From Polyangiales bacterium (GTDB lineage: Bacteria; Myxococcota_A; Polyangia; Polyangiales; Polyangiaceae): a stretch of 64,000 bases of DNA. The stretch lies in contig JBBRLQ010000001.1 in assembly GCA_038231275.1 (NCBI GenBank), positions 256,001 to 320,000 of the forward strand, read 5' to 3'. The translations under genes were made by a program, and so were the position numbers. Shown piece by piece: positions 29,536 through 39,534 of this stretch; position 1 is the first letter of the stretch, and each line of letters starts with the position of its first letter. Under the pieces are notes generated by a model. That model saw nothing but the letters and a program-made list of their open reading frames with translations. It did not search any database and had not been told where the DNA came from.

Positions 29536-32076
29536 TCACGGCAAGACGACGACGTCCCAACGCATGCGACGCGCGGGGCCCCCTTCGTGGTGGAGCGTGA
29601 GGCCACCAACCACGGCGTCGGCCTGTGCGGCGCTCGCGACGTTGACGCGGACGCGCGCACCGACGGGCAGCGCGTCGATTCGGCCGCAGTTGGAGCACGC
29701 GGCGAGAGCGGTCTCGTCGACCTGCGCGAAGCCCGTGGGCAGCGTGGACGCGACGCCGCCGGCACGAACGGTGAAGGTGGTTCCGTCGACGAGCGTAATG
29801 GTCGCCGTGGCGGTTCGCGGATCGATCGCCGCGCGGACGTCGAGCACGTCGTTGACCTTCGCCATCGTCACGACGGTCGGCTCGGTCGCCGGCGCGAGCG
29901 TCTCGACCGTGGGATCCAGCATCGGCACGATTCCTCCGCTCCTCAAGTAGAGAGGCAACACGGAGAGGGGGGCGTCGCGCGTCACGTCGGCGCTGCCATT
30001 CACCTGCGCGAGCGTCCACCAATCGACCCAGGTGCCCGGCGGCATCCAGAACGTGCGCGTCGTCTGCCCGCGACGCACGACCGGCGCGACGTAGAGCGAC
30101 GGCCCGAAGTAGTACTCGAGGTCGACGCCATAGGCGCGCGCCTCGGTCGGGTGCGCGAGGAACGGATGGCGCATCACGGGGATACCCGTTTCGACCGCGG
30201 CCTTCGCAGCCGAATACAGGTACGGGAAGAGGCGCGTGTGCAGACGCGCGTAGTCGCCGTAAACCTGGATCGTCTCGTCGTCGTCCCACAGCTCCCATTT
30301 TTTCTGCGACGTCGTCCCCGAGCACGCGTTCTCGTGGTGCATGTCCGACGAGAGCGCGCCGAACTCGACCCAGCGGAGGTACACCTCCTTGTTGCCGGGC
30401 GGATCGTTGAGGCACGTGTACCCGCCGATGTCGCTTCCCCAGAACGGGATCCCGCTCATGCCCGCGTTGACGCCGGCGCGCACCTGCGCGGGGAGGCCCT
30501 TCGCGTCGTCGAAGCTCGCCGCAGGATCTCCCGACCAGTGAACCGGAATGTACGCCTGCGTGCCGGTGTACCCGGAACGTGCAAAATACATGAAGTCGTC
30601 ACCGCGGACCTTCTTCATGTAGTCCCACGTGGCCTTCTGGTACTGCACCGGGAAGAGGTTGTGCTCCTCCCAGCCGAGGCGACCGTCGAAGCTCTTCGCG
30701 TTCGGCGGCACGTACTCGCCGAAGTCGAGCATCCAGCCGTCGTAGCCGAGATCGAGCGCGCGCTGGAGGAGCGTGCCGAACCACGTGACCGCGCCGGGGT
30801 TGGTCATGTCGATCGTCGCGACCGTCTGAGGGCCCGCGCTGATCATGAAGACGTCGGCTTCGCTGCCGTCTTGCCGCTTCAGGAAATAGTTGGAGCTGCG
30901 TCCTTGCGCCGCGTCGGCGGCGGCGCGCGCGTCCGTGACCGAGACGTACGCGTTGTAATAGCCAATCGCCTTGAAGCCCCACGCGTGGAGGCGGCCCACC
31001 CAGTCTTTCAGCTCCGCTTCGCGCCCGACCTGCGAGCCGATGGGGAGAAAATGCGTCGCGTCGTCGGCGGCGGTGGTCGGGACGTGGCGCGTGCGGAGGA
31101 GCTCCATCTCGGAGACGCCGTTGATGAGCGCGTTGGTGTCCATGCGGCGGCGCGGCCCGAAGACCCACGGCGCGGGGAGCGACGCGCGGCCGGTTTTCTT
31201 CGTAAAATCGGCGATGGCGTCGACGGGCGCGTCGTGGACGAAGAGCGAGAGGTGGACGGCGGGCTCGGCGGCGTAGAGGCGCCACGCGTCCGGTCGCTCG
31301 GCGCCGAACGACGTGCCGGTGCGAAAGCCCGTATCGAGCCACACCGAATACCCGCGCGACGACAAGAAGAACGGAATCGGCGCGTGCGACATCTGCGGGC
31401 CGTTCGGCGAGGGGTTGTTCGGCCCCGGCGAGGTGGCTTCTCCTTGCGGGATGCCTCCCTCTTCGACCCACGACTCGTACGTGCGCCCGCGGTGATCTAC
31501 GGTCACGAGGCGCTCGCCGAGGCCGAAGAAGTGCTCGTCCGCCGGGAGATCGAAGCCCATCGTCGCGAGGTTGATTCCAGGAAGTGCCTCGTCGCCGTCG
31601 ATCGGCGCGGACGTGCCGTCCAGCTTCGCGTCGAGGCGCAGCTCCGCGCCGTCGAGCTTCACCTCGAGGTGCGCGTGCACGCCACCGCCATCGAGCTCGA
31701 CGCTGGCCGTCGTCGCGCTCGAGATCATCGTCGAGACGTGATCGAGGTGCGCGAAGACGCCGTCGGTCTGGTCCTGGTAGTCGAACCCCTCCAGGATGTG
31801 CGGTCGGTACGCGACGCTGCGGTGGGTCGCGCCGAGGCCCGAGTAGCTCCCGTCGCGCGATTTCACCGACGACACGAGCACCGTTCCCGCCGGGTTCGTC
31901 ACGGTCACGCCGAACGGCTGCGTGTCGATGCGCACGGTCATGCGATCGTTCGTGAGCGTGACGGGCGGAGGTGACGCGGCCTCGTGGGTGCTCTTGCAGT
32001 CCACCGCGAGCGAGAAGGCGAAGAGCGCGACGATGGCCACAGGTGGCCGACGCCGAGGAAAAGCAGTGTCGTTCAT
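29536..32076 (-). CDS. glycoside hydrolase family 31 (alpha-glucosidase-like), exported
   Basis: FFGLGER, GWMLDFGE nucleophile motif, HWSGD, FWGSDIGGY, RLFPYLY, YYFGPSLYVAPV; ATGA overlap with the upstream GH31 stop. Confidence 0.92.
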   Translation of the reverse strand: MNDTAFPRRRPPVAIVALFAFSLAVDCKSTHEAASPPPVTLTNDRMTVRIDTQPFGVTVTNPAGTVLVSSVKSRDGSYSGLGATHRSVAYRPHILEGFDYQDQTDGVFAHLDHVSTMISSATTASVELDGGGVHAHLEVKLDGAELRLDAKLDGTSAPIDGDEALPGINLATMGFDLPADEHFFGLGERLVTVDHRGRTYESWVEEGGIPQGEATSPGPNNPSPNGPQMSHAPIPFFLSSRGYSVWLDTGFRTGTSFGAERPDAWRLYAAEPAVHLSLFVHDAPVDAIADFTKKTGRASLPAPWVFGPRRRMDTNALINGVSEMELLRTRHVPTTAADDATHFLPIGSQVGREAELKDWVGRLHAWGFKAIGYYNAYVSVTDARAAADAAQGRSSNYFLKRQDGSEADVFMISAGPQTVATIDMTNPGAVTWFGTLLQRALDLGYDGWMLDFGEYVPPNAKSFDGRLGWEEHNLFPVQYQKATWDYMKKVRGDDFMYFARSGYTGTQAYIPVHWSGDPAASFDDAKGLPAQVRAGVNAGMSGIPFWGSDIGGYTCLNDPPGNKEVYLRWVEFGALSSDMHHENACSGTTSQKKWELWDDDETIQVYGDYARLHTRLFPYLYSAAKAAVETGIPVMRHPFLAHPTEARAYGVDLEYYFGPSLYVAPVVRRGQTTRTFWMPPGTWVDWWTLAQVNGSADVTRDAPLSVLPLYLRSGGIVPMLDPTVETLAPATEPTVVTMAKVNDVLDVRAAIDPRTATATITLVDGTTFTVRAGGVASTLPTGFAQVDETALAACSNCGRIDALPVGARVRVNVASAAQADAVVGGLTLHHEGGPARRMRWDVVVLP

Positions 32077-33875
32077 TCGATTACCAGTGTGACAGGACCG
32101 GAGCCCGGCGCGAGCTTGACGAGCGTCGTGCGATCCTCGGGAGACGCGAGCCACCCACTCGCGGCAAGGTCGAGCTCGGCGCGCGTCGTCGCCTGCGTGA
32201 GCGCCGCCGCGGCCACCGTCACCTTCGTCGCGGCGACGTCGGCGCGAACGCGGAAGATCGTCGGTGCGAGAAGGCGCGACGCCGTCACCGTGGTCTGCGT
32301 GCCGACGCGCTGCGTCCCCAGCGTCGTCTTCGCGTCGTCGGTGTCGTGAAGGACGAACGAGGACGCGGCAGCCCCTGGCCACACGCGGATCTCCGACGCC
32401 ATCGGCACGATCGCCCCTTGCCGAACGAAGAGCGGCATCACGTGCCGATCGGTGGCGTCGTACGCCGTGAGCATCGTGCCCCCGGCCGTCGCGTCGGCGA
32501 GCGGCTTCCACCAATCGTACCAGGCGCTACCGTCCGGCAGCGCGACGTCGCGCGTGCCCTTGTCGTCGAGGATCGGCGCGACGAGGAACGCGCCGCCGAG
32601 CACGAAGCGCGCGTCGCCGAGCCAGCTCTTGCCCTTCGCCGTGGGGTCGCGCGGATCGTCGCCGAGGGGTGCAACGGGAGGCGGCGCGCCGGCGTAGCTC
32701 TCTTCGGTGACGCTGTAGAAGAACGGCACGAGCTCGTGGTGGAGCTTGGCCCAGTAGCGATAGATCTCCACCGTCTCGTCGGGTCGCTCGGGCACCGTCC
32801 ACGGCGCGTAGTTGCCGCGGCCGTGCAGCTGCATGAGCGGACACAGCGCGCCGACCGCGATCCACCGCGCGAAAACCGTCTGCGAAAACGGGATGCTCGG
32901 CCCGAGCACGTTCTTGTCGTCGCGATCGAGGTAACCGCCGACGTCGGAGCCGACGACCGCATAGCCCGCGCGCGCCGAGCGCAAAATGGTGTCGAGGGCG
33001 TCCATGAGGCCAACCCAGTCGCGGCGGTTGTCGCCCGCCCAAGCGATCGGCGAGTCCTCTTTCTTCGCGAAGAAGCGACCGGCGAACTCGTACGACTCGT
33101 CCCACGCGCGCGTCATCGTCGCAAAGTCCGGCCCACGCACCGCGCGCCCGTACGCGAGAAAATCTGCGTAATACGCCTGCGAATAGTCTTGAAGCGCCTT
33201 CGGCCCCGCCGACGTCGCCAGCGTCGCGAGCGGGAGGTAGCTCTCGCCGAAGTCGAGCTTCCATCCGTCGATGCCTGCGTTCAGCACCGTGTCTTGCTGC
33301 GCGTGCCACCACGCGCGCGCCGGTCCCGAGAAGAAGTCGACCGCCGCGCCGCGCCCCTTCCACCACGGAAAGGTGTCCCCGTGCTCGACGAAGTAACCGC
33401 ACCGTTGCCCCTCGTCGAGGTTCGGCGCGGGGCCGGTGTACGTGTCGCCGCCGGGCTCGAGATCGAACGAGCTCTCGTTGACCATCTGCGTGGTCCACAA
33501 GACGACGCGGACGCCGCGCGCGTGCATGTCGGACACCATCGACGCGAAGCGCGGGTAGCGTGCCTCGTTGGGGATGAGCGTCGAGTACGACGTCTCCCAC
33601 GGGCTATCGAGGACGACGACGCCGACCGGAATGTCGCGCGATTGGAAGCCGCCGACGAAGTCGTAGGTGTCGGGCCCCGTCGAGATGTCTTTGCTGATCC
33701 ACGGCTCGAACGCCCACCGCGGCGTGTGGCGCGACGGCGTCGGCGGATCGGCCATTCCGGTAGTCGGGCACGAAGGCGATGGCGACGCAGGCGAGCTCGA
33801 CTTCGTGGAGCAGGCAGCACCGGCCGCGACCGCGGCGAAGGCGAACGTCGCCGCGAGCGCTGAATTGAACCGCAC
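32073..33875 (-). CDS. glycoside hydrolase family 31 lipoprotein
   Basis: Lipobox AGAAC, VLDSPW, GWKLDFGE, WAGDN, GSDVGGY, FLVAPI, WYDWW. Start GTG 33875. Confidence 0.9.
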   Translation of the reverse strand: MRFNSALAATFAFAAVAAGAACSTKSSSPASPSPSCPTTGMADPPTPSRHTPRWAFEPWISKDISTGPDTYDFVGGFQSRDIPVGVVVLDSPWETSYSTLIPNEARYPRFASMVSDMHARGVRVVLWTTQMVNESSFDLEPGGDTYTGPAPNLDEGQRCGYFVEHGDTFPWWKGRGAAVDFFSGPARAWWHAQQDTVLNAGIDGWKLDFGESYLPLATLATSAGPKALQDYSQAYYADFLAYGRAVRGPDFATMTRAWDESYEFAGRFFAKKEDSPIAWAGDNRRDWVGLMDALDTILRSARAGYAVVGSDVGGYLDRDDKNVLGPSIPFSQTVFARWIAVGALCPLMQLHGRGNYAPWTVPERPDETVEIYRYWAKLHHELVPFFYSVTEESYAGAPPPVAPLGDDPRDPTAKGKSWLGDARFVLGGAFLVAPILDDKGTRDVALPDGSAWYDWWKPLADATAGGTMLTAYDATDRHVMPLFVRQGAIVPMASEIRVWPGAAASSFVLHDTDDAKTTLGTQRVGTQTTVTASRLLAPTIFRVRADVAATKVTVAAAALTQATTRAELDLAASGWLASPEDRTTLVKLAPGSGPVTLVIE

Positions 33876-34052
33876 GGGCGGAAAGGTAGTCGGCGAAGCG
33901 CGCGCCCGCAACGAGTCGCATCGACGCGCGCTGGATCTCCCGCGCGCGCCTTCGACGACCGGCGATCCATGTAGGACACACGCGTTTGGTCGCAAATCAG
34001 GCTTGATTTCGTGTGCCGGAGGAATCCGCCGAGGACACGGCAACGCGCGCGG

Positions 34053-34068
34053 CGGCACCCTCCTTGCT
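34053..34068 (+). promoter_or_regulatory. sigma54 (-24/-12) promoter
   Basis: CGGCAC-CCTCC-TTGCT matches YGGCAC-N5-TTGCW; followed by GAGGAG RBS and ATG 34093. Confidence 0.65.
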
Positions 34069-34092
34069 GAAGGGAAGCTCGAGGAGAGTGCC

Positions 34093-34728
34093 ATGAACGA
34101 TCGTCAGAACAGCGGTGGCTTCGGTGCGGCGCGCAGGTTCGAGGAGCTCGACATGGGTGATCTCGACGAGGTCCACGGAGGCTTCCTGCCCATCATCTAC
34201 GGCATCGGGGCAGCGATCGAGGTCGCGGCGCCGGGCGCGATCGCGGCGCTCGGCGCGGCAGGATGGGCCGTCGCGAGCAACCCCGCGGCGGTCGTGCGAG
34301 GGATCACCAACGGCATCCAGAGCATCGGCAACGCGTACGACGCGGCGAACAACTACCTGAACCCGACCCCCGGCCACGGCGCGCCCGGCGACACGTACGT
34401 CCCGGCGACGGCGAACCCCGATGGCTCGATCAACCCCGGCCACTTCGAGGCCCCCGGCGCGTCGAGCCAAGACCAAGGCCAGACCGACGCGCAGGGCGAC
34501 GCCAGCGGCGACACGAGTGGCGACACCGGCGGTGACACCGGGGGCGACACCGGCGGCGATACCGGCGGTGACACCGGGGGCGACACCGGCGGTGACACCG
34601 GAGGCGATACCGGCGGTGACACTGGAGGCGATACCGGCGGCGATACCGGTGGTGACACGGGCGGCGAGACCGGCGGTGACACGGGCGGCGATACCGGCGG
34701 CGGTGGCGACTCCGGCGGCGGGGACTGA
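34093..34728 (+). CDS. double-glycine-leader precursor protein with acidic (GDTG)n tail
   Basis: 211 aa. FEELDMGDLDEVHGG has hydrophobic residues at -15, -12, -7 and -4 before GG, followed by an Ala/Gly-rich hydrophobic core. Confidence 0.75.
   Translation: MNDRQNSGGFGAARRFEELDMGDLDEVHGGFLPIIYGIGAAIEVAAPGAIAALGAAGWAVASNPAAVVRGITNGIQSIGNAYDAANNYLNPTPGHGAPGDTYVPATANPDGSINPGHFEAPGASSQDQGQTDAQGDASGDTSGDTGGDTGGDTGGDTGGDTGGDTGGDTGGDTGGDTGGDTGGDTGGDTGGETGGDTGGDTGGGGDSGGGD
34495..34698 (+). repeat. 12-bp coding tandem repeat, 17 units (GDAS, GDTS, then 15x GDTG/GETG)
   Basis: ggN-gaY-acN-ggN units with frequent synonymous third-position variation. Confidence 0.92.
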
Positions 34729-34729
34729 G

Positions 34730-36799
34730 TTACTTCGTCGCCGGCGACGCGCAATGGCCGGCGATGCACTGGACGCCGAGCGCGGCGTCGCAGCAGTCGG
34801 CGGCGGTGGTGCACTTCTCGAAGATGTTGGCGCAGCCCGAGGGCGGCGACACGCACGCGAGGGTCGTCCCGCCGCCGTCGCCGGGGACCTGGCGGCAGAA
34901 GCCGTTGCAGCACTCGTCGCCCGACTCGCAGCTGGTGCCGTTCTGCTTGCACGGGTCGAGCGCCCAGAAGCCGCGCATGTTGCCGGCCTCGAACTCCTGG
35001 CCCTCGAGGTAAAACGGCGCGTGGCTCGGATCTTTGCCGGGCGTCGGGTTCATGTCGACGGCGACGACCCACAGCTTCTTCCGATTCGCGTCGCCCCACG
35101 GATCGGCGCCGACGATGAGGTTGCCGAGGCGGCGGCGGCTCGTGAAGACGACCCAGTAATAGCCGCCCACGCCCAGCGGGAGCACCGTCGGCTCGTAGTT
35201 GAGGTGCAGATCCGCCGAGCCGTACGGGATGTACGGCTGGCCGGCGCGCACGCCGTTCGCCGCGTCCATCGCCACCTTCGTCTTCGTCGCGAGGTCGACG
35301 AAGTAGAGATCGCCGTGGCTGTTGCTCCACGTCGCGAAGTCTTGGCTGTCGACGGAGTGGTAGACGAACGACTTGGTGTCCGGCAAAAACGCCGGCCAGC
35401 CGAGGAACGCCGCCGGATCGCTCACGACCGACGTGAGGGCCGAGAACGTCTTGGTCCCGACGTCGAAGGCCATCGCGGAGAGCGAGTGACCTTGCCCCTG
35501 ATCGTAGTGGTTGAACGCGATCATCTTTCCGTCGGCGGAGAACGACGGCATGATCGCGTGGATGCCGGTCATTCCCGGTGCGGTGACCGGGCTGCCTGTC
35601 TTCAGGTCGAGCAGCTGCGATGTGCGATCGCCGGACATTCCAGGCACGTTCGGGGGCCACGAGCCGGCGAGCGTTCCGCACGTGAGCATGAGCGAGCCGT
35701 CCGGGTAGACGCCGCCGAAGCCGTAGAGCGGATCGCCGCGCGGCGTCTTCGTCCCGGTCCCCAGGTCGATCATCGTACCGGTCTGGTAGGCGTTGCTGTC
35801 GTCCGCGGACGGGCCGCCTTGGCTGACGAGCACGTTGCCCTGCGCGCTGACGGCGTGGCACACGGTGCAGCCGCCGCTCAGGATGTCGGCGGTCGCGCCC
35901 GGCTTGATGCGCATGACCGCGCCGCGCCCGTTGTTCAGCGGCGAGCTGTACGTGTTGTAGTAGACGGTGCCCTTGAGGCTGCCGGACGCGATCGTCCACG
36001 TCTCGGTGATCGGTCCCGCGACGGCGGCGCCCGTCATCTTCGTGACCTCGACCTTCAGCGGATCGCTCACGCCGACGGACTTGGTGATCGTGGCCCACGT
36101 CGCCGGGGGGATCGCGGCGCGACCCGGGCTGCTCGCGCCGAAGAAGCCCTTGTACTCGATGTTCTTGCCCGTCACGTGCACGTAGGTCGCCGTCGGCGCC
36201 TGGCCCGCGAATTGGAGCGTCGGCGGGAGGAGGCCGCGCGGGAACACGGTCTGGTCGTACGGGTAGAGCCACGCGAACGTCGCGTCGCCGGTGCCGCCGC
36301 CGGCGAGCGTGCCTTGCGTGCCGGGCGGGACCGCGCCGGGGTTCTCGACGATGTGATAGTGGACGCTGATCGTCGTCTGCCCCTTCAGGTTGCCCGACTG
36401 CGCGCTCACGACGGCTTGGCCGCCGAGCGTGCCGGTCGAGAAGAGGCCGTTCTGATCGATCGTGCCGACCTGGACGTTGTCGACCGACCAGTTCGCCTGG
36501 ACGGGTCCGCCGCCGCCGGGCGCGGTTGCCGTGAACTGCTGCGTGGTCGCGGGCGCGCCGAACGTCGCGTCGAGCACGATGCCGGCTGGCGTCACGATGA
36601 GCGCGCCTGCCGCGGCGTCGCCGAAAGTCGGTGGCGTTCCAAAGTTGTCGCCGTCTGTCGTGCCGCCGCCGTCGCCGCCCGTGCCTGGGCCGTCGCCGAA
36701 GCCTTCGCCGTTCTTCGCGCCGCCGCAACCGCCACCGATCGCCGTCGCCGCTCCGAGCGCAACGAGCAAGACCATCCACCGCGAAGAGAAGTTTTTCAT
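34730..36799 (-). CDS. TolB-like beta-propeller lipoprotein with Ig-like N-domain and Cys-rich C-terminus
   Basis: Lipobox GGGC; YPYDQTVFPRGLLPP, CTVCHAVS, MPSFSADGK, WVVFTSRR; C-terminal C..G..C....CC repeats. Confidence 0.8.
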   Translation of the reverse strand: MKNFSSRWMVLLVALGAATAIGGGCGGAKNGEGFGDGPGTGGDGGGTTDGDNFGTPPTFGDAAAGALIVTPAGIVLDATFGAPATTQQFTATAPGGGGPVQANWSVDNVQVGTIDQNGLFSTGTLGGQAVVSAQSGNLKGQTTISVHYHIVENPGAVPPGTQGTLAGGGTGDATFAWLYPYDQTVFPRGLLPPTLQFAGQAPTATYVHVTGKNIEYKGFFGASSPGRAAIPPATWATITKSVGVSDPLKVEVTKMTGAAVAGPITETWTIASGSLKGTVYYNTYSSPLNNGRGAVMRIKPGATADILSGGCTVCHAVSAQGNVLVSQGGPSADDSNAYQTGTMIDLGTGTKTPRGDPLYGFGGVYPDGSLMLTCGTLAGSWPPNVPGMSGDRTSQLLDLKTGSPVTAPGMTGIHAIMPSFSADGKMIAFNHYDQGQGHSLSAMAFDVGTKTFSALTSVVSDPAAFLGWPAFLPDTKSFVYHSVDSQDFATWSNSHGDLYFVDLATKTKVAMDAANGVRAGQPYIPYGSADLHLNYEPTVLPLGVGGYYWVVFTSRRRLGNLIVGADPWGDANRKKLWVVAVDMNPTPGKDPSHAPFYLEGQEFEAGNMRGFWALDPCKQNGTSCESGDECCNGFCRQVPGDGGGTTLACVSPPSGCANIFEKCTTAADCCDAALGVQCIAGHCASPATK

Positions 36800-36872
36800 G
36801 ACCCCGGAAGCCTATTGAACAGCTACCGCGGCGCCCGTCGCAGTCACGTCTCGATTCGGGTTTGCGTGGATC

Positions 36873-38597
36873 TCAACGGATCCACGTCGCGAGCTCACAC
36901 CAGAGGAGCACGCGGTCGCGCGCGCCGGCGAGCGCGAAGAGACTCGTGTCGAGGCCGAACGCGGCCAGCGTCTCGAGCGCGGCGCGCGCGGCCTGCGCGG
37001 GCGGGTCGAGAGGAGGGATCGCGCCACGCGGGGCACGTAGGACCATCGGAACGAGCGCGCCGTCTTCGTCGCCCGCGCGGCGGCGGGCGCTCGCGAGCGC
37101 TTCCTCGAAGCCTCCGAGCGTGTCGACGAGGCGCTTGCCCGACGCGGCGGCGCCCGACCAGACGCGACCTTCGGCGACCTTCTCGATCGCCTCGATCGAC
37201 TGATCGCGGCCGCGCGCGACGATCGACACGAACGCGCGGTACATCCCGTCGAGCTCGCGTCCGAGGGCTCCTCGCTCGTCGTCGGTGAGCGCGCGGGCGG
37301 GATCGAGCATGTCGGAGCGGACGCCGCGCTTCACGGTCTCGGTGACGACGCCGATGCGCTTCAGGAGCGGCTCGAGGACGATGCGCGCAGCGACGACGCC
37401 GATGGAGCCCGTGATGGTGGTCGGCTGCGCGACGATCTCGTGCGCAGGCGCCGCGACGTAGTAGCCGCCGCTCGCCGCGACGTTGGCGAAGCACGCGACG
37501 ACCGGCTTCTCCTTCGCGAGCTGCTCGATCTCGTGGTGGATGCGATCGCTCGCGAGTGCGCTGCCGCCAGGTGAATCGACGTGGAGGACGACGCTCTTGA
37601 CGCGGCGGTTGGCGCGCGCGGCCCGCACGATCGCGATGAGCGATTCGTCCGTCGCGCCGCCGCCCAACCCGCTTCCTCCCATGAAGCCCTGGCTCGAAAT
37701 CGCGCCGTGGACCGGAATGACGCCAACCACCGATGGGAGGCGAATCGCAGGAAGGCGGGCGCGGCGTACGCGGGCGAGGTAGCGCTGCGCAGAGACGAGC
37801 GTGGCGCGGCCGCCGCCTTCGCCGGCGATCTTCGCGGGGAGCTCGTCCTCGTACGCGGCGCCGTCGACGAGGCCAACCTCGATCGCCCTCTCCGCGCGGT
37901 ACGGCGCGCCGTCGACGATCGCGCGCGCCGCCTCGCGGTCGACCTTGCGCCCCTCGCCGATCGCCAGGAGGAGCTGCGCGTAGAAGACCTCCTGGATCGC
38001 CTCGAGCTGCTCGCGCTGCGCGTCGCTCATCGTGTCGCGGACGAGCTGCTCGCCGGCGCTCTTGTACTCGCCGCGCGCGACGATTTGCGGGACGAGCCCG
38101 GCCTTCGCGAGCGCGCCCTTGATGTAGCGGACGCTCGTGGCGAAGCCGAGCGGGGCGAGCGTGGCCTGCGGACCCACGAAGATCTTGGACGCCGCGCTCG
38201 CGACGTAGAGCTCCTTCGTGTCGCCGCCGAGCGGCAGGTGGACGACGATCTCCTTGTTCGCGGCGCGCAGGCGCATGAGGAGCGCGCGCAGCGACGTCGC
38301 GGTGGCCATGCCGGCGCCGAGCGACTTGATGGTGAGCACGATCCCGCGAACGCGCGCGTCGGTGCGCATCGCGTCGATGAGATCCGAGAGATCGTGAAGC
38401 ACGAGCGGCCGCGGTCGTCCGCTCCGCAAGACGCGCTGCCAGAAAGGACGCGACGCCGCCACGTCGACCACCGCGCCGTCGATGTCGATCGTGAGGTACG
38501 CCCCCTTCGGCGCCGCGCGCGCGCGCAAGAGGCGCCGAAGCGGGAGCATGAGGAGCGCGTAGGCGAACCGAATCAGACGAGCGAACAGGGCCAGCAT
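36873..38597 (-). CDS. sppA: signal peptide peptidase SppA (S49, long form)
   Basis: GEYKSAGE, VDSPGGSALASD, AASGGYY, TITGSIGV, AEGRVWSG, LVDTLGG. Confidence 0.93.
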   Translation of the reverse strand: MLALFARLIRFAYALLMLPLRRLLRARAAPKGAYLTIDIDGAVVDVAASRPFWQRVLRSGRPRPLVLHDLSDLIDAMRTDARVRGIVLTIKSLGAGMATATSLRALLMRLRAANKEIVVHLPLGGDTKELYVASAASKIFVGPQATLAPLGFATSVRYIKGALAKAGLVPQIVARGEYKSAGEQLVRDTMSDAQREQLEAIQEVFYAQLLLAIGEGRKVDREAARAIVDGAPYRAERAIEVGLVDGAAYEDELPAKIAGEGGGRATLVSAQRYLARVRRARLPAIRLPSVVGVIPVHGAISSQGFMGGSGLGGGATDESLIAIVRAARANRRVKSVVLHVDSPGGSALASDRIHHEIEQLAKEKPVVACFANVAASGGYYVAAPAHEIVAQPTTITGSIGVVAARIVLEPLLKRIGVVTETVKRGVRSDMLDPARALTDDERGALGRELDGMYRAFVSIVARGRDQSIEAIEKVAEGRVWSGAAASGKRLVDTLGGFEEALASARRRAGDEDGALVPMVLRAPRGAIPPLDPPAQAARAALETLAAFGLDTSLFALAGARDRVLLWCELATWIR

Positions 38598-38789
38598 CGC
38601 CCGGGAATCTAACGCTGCCAGGCGTGCGTCGCCGTCCTTTGTCCTCCACGCGCGACGAATTGGACGCCAAAGTGCGAGGAACGTCCGCCGAATCGAAACC
38701 AGAGGGGATTTTCCCCGCGGAACCGATCCGTTCGGACCCAAAGTCGTCCGAGAGCGCACGAGAGGGGCTACGTTCGAGGCAGCGCGACC

Positions 38790-39500
38790 ATGGCCCGACC
38801 GACGCCCCTCCTCGCGCTCGCGCTCACGTGCATGACGGCGAGCACGCGCACGCGCGCCGACGAGCCGGTCGCCGGGACCTCCGCCGATGTGCCGGCTTCG
38901 CCAGTCGAGCCGCCCGCGGCAACGCCCGTCGATCCACCTGTCGAGGGGCCCGTCGCGGCACCGATTGAGATCGTGGAGCCGCCGCCGCGCAAGAACGCGT
39001 TCCTCGTGTACCCGATCGCGCTCTGGCTCGGCCGCATCAGCCTCGCGTACCAGCGCAGCCTCGTCGGCCGTCACGTCCTCGCGATCGGCGCCTTCGCGCA
39101 AGCGAGCGGCTTTCTGATCCCGACGGACGCGCAAGCGATGGCCGGCGCCGGCGGCGAGATCGGCTACCTCTTCTACTCACGCGCAGGGATGAGCGGCTTC
39201 TTCTTCGGCCCCAGCGTCGGCCTCGGCCGCTACTACTACGCGTCGAGCCTCAAGCTGAAGGACGTCCTCGCGGGGGATTTCTCGATCACCAAGAACTCGG
39301 GCTTCTTCAGCTCGTTCGCGTTCTCGTTCGACGCCGGCTACCAGCACATCTTCAAGAACGGCGGCCTCCTCGGCTTCGGATTGGGTGCACAATACAATTT
39401 CGCCACGAAGACCGAGCAGGAGATGTCGCCCATCGCGTTCCTCTTCGCCGGCACCGGCGTGCGGCCTCGCTTCCTCTTCGTCGTCGGCGCCGCGCTCTGA
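38790..39500 (+). CDS. outer-membrane beta-barrel protein, DUF3575-like
   Basis: Signal peptide, alternating beta-strands, GFFFGP and FDAGYQ motifs. Confidence 0.6.
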   Translation: MARPTPLLALALTCMTASTRTRADEPVAGTSADVPASPVEPPAATPVDPPVEGPVAAPIEIVEPPPRKNAFLVYPIALWLGRISLAYQRSLVGRHVLAIGAFAQASGFLIPTDAQAMAGAGGEIGYLFYSRAGMSGFFFGPSVGLGRYYYASSLKLKDVLAGDFSITKNSGFFSSFAFSFDAGYQHIFKNGGLLGFGLGAQYNFATKTEQEMSPIAFLFAGTGVRPRFLFVVGAAL

Positions 39501-39534
39501 ACGCGGTCAGACGTTCGGGCTCTGAGCCCGCCGT

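Noticed and set aside
34495-34698. Regular short repeats as a possible CRISPR array (also the collagen tract and 41808-41859)
   Set aside because: Contiguous 9-27-bp units without unique spacers, in-frame coding in two cases, and no cas genes nearby.
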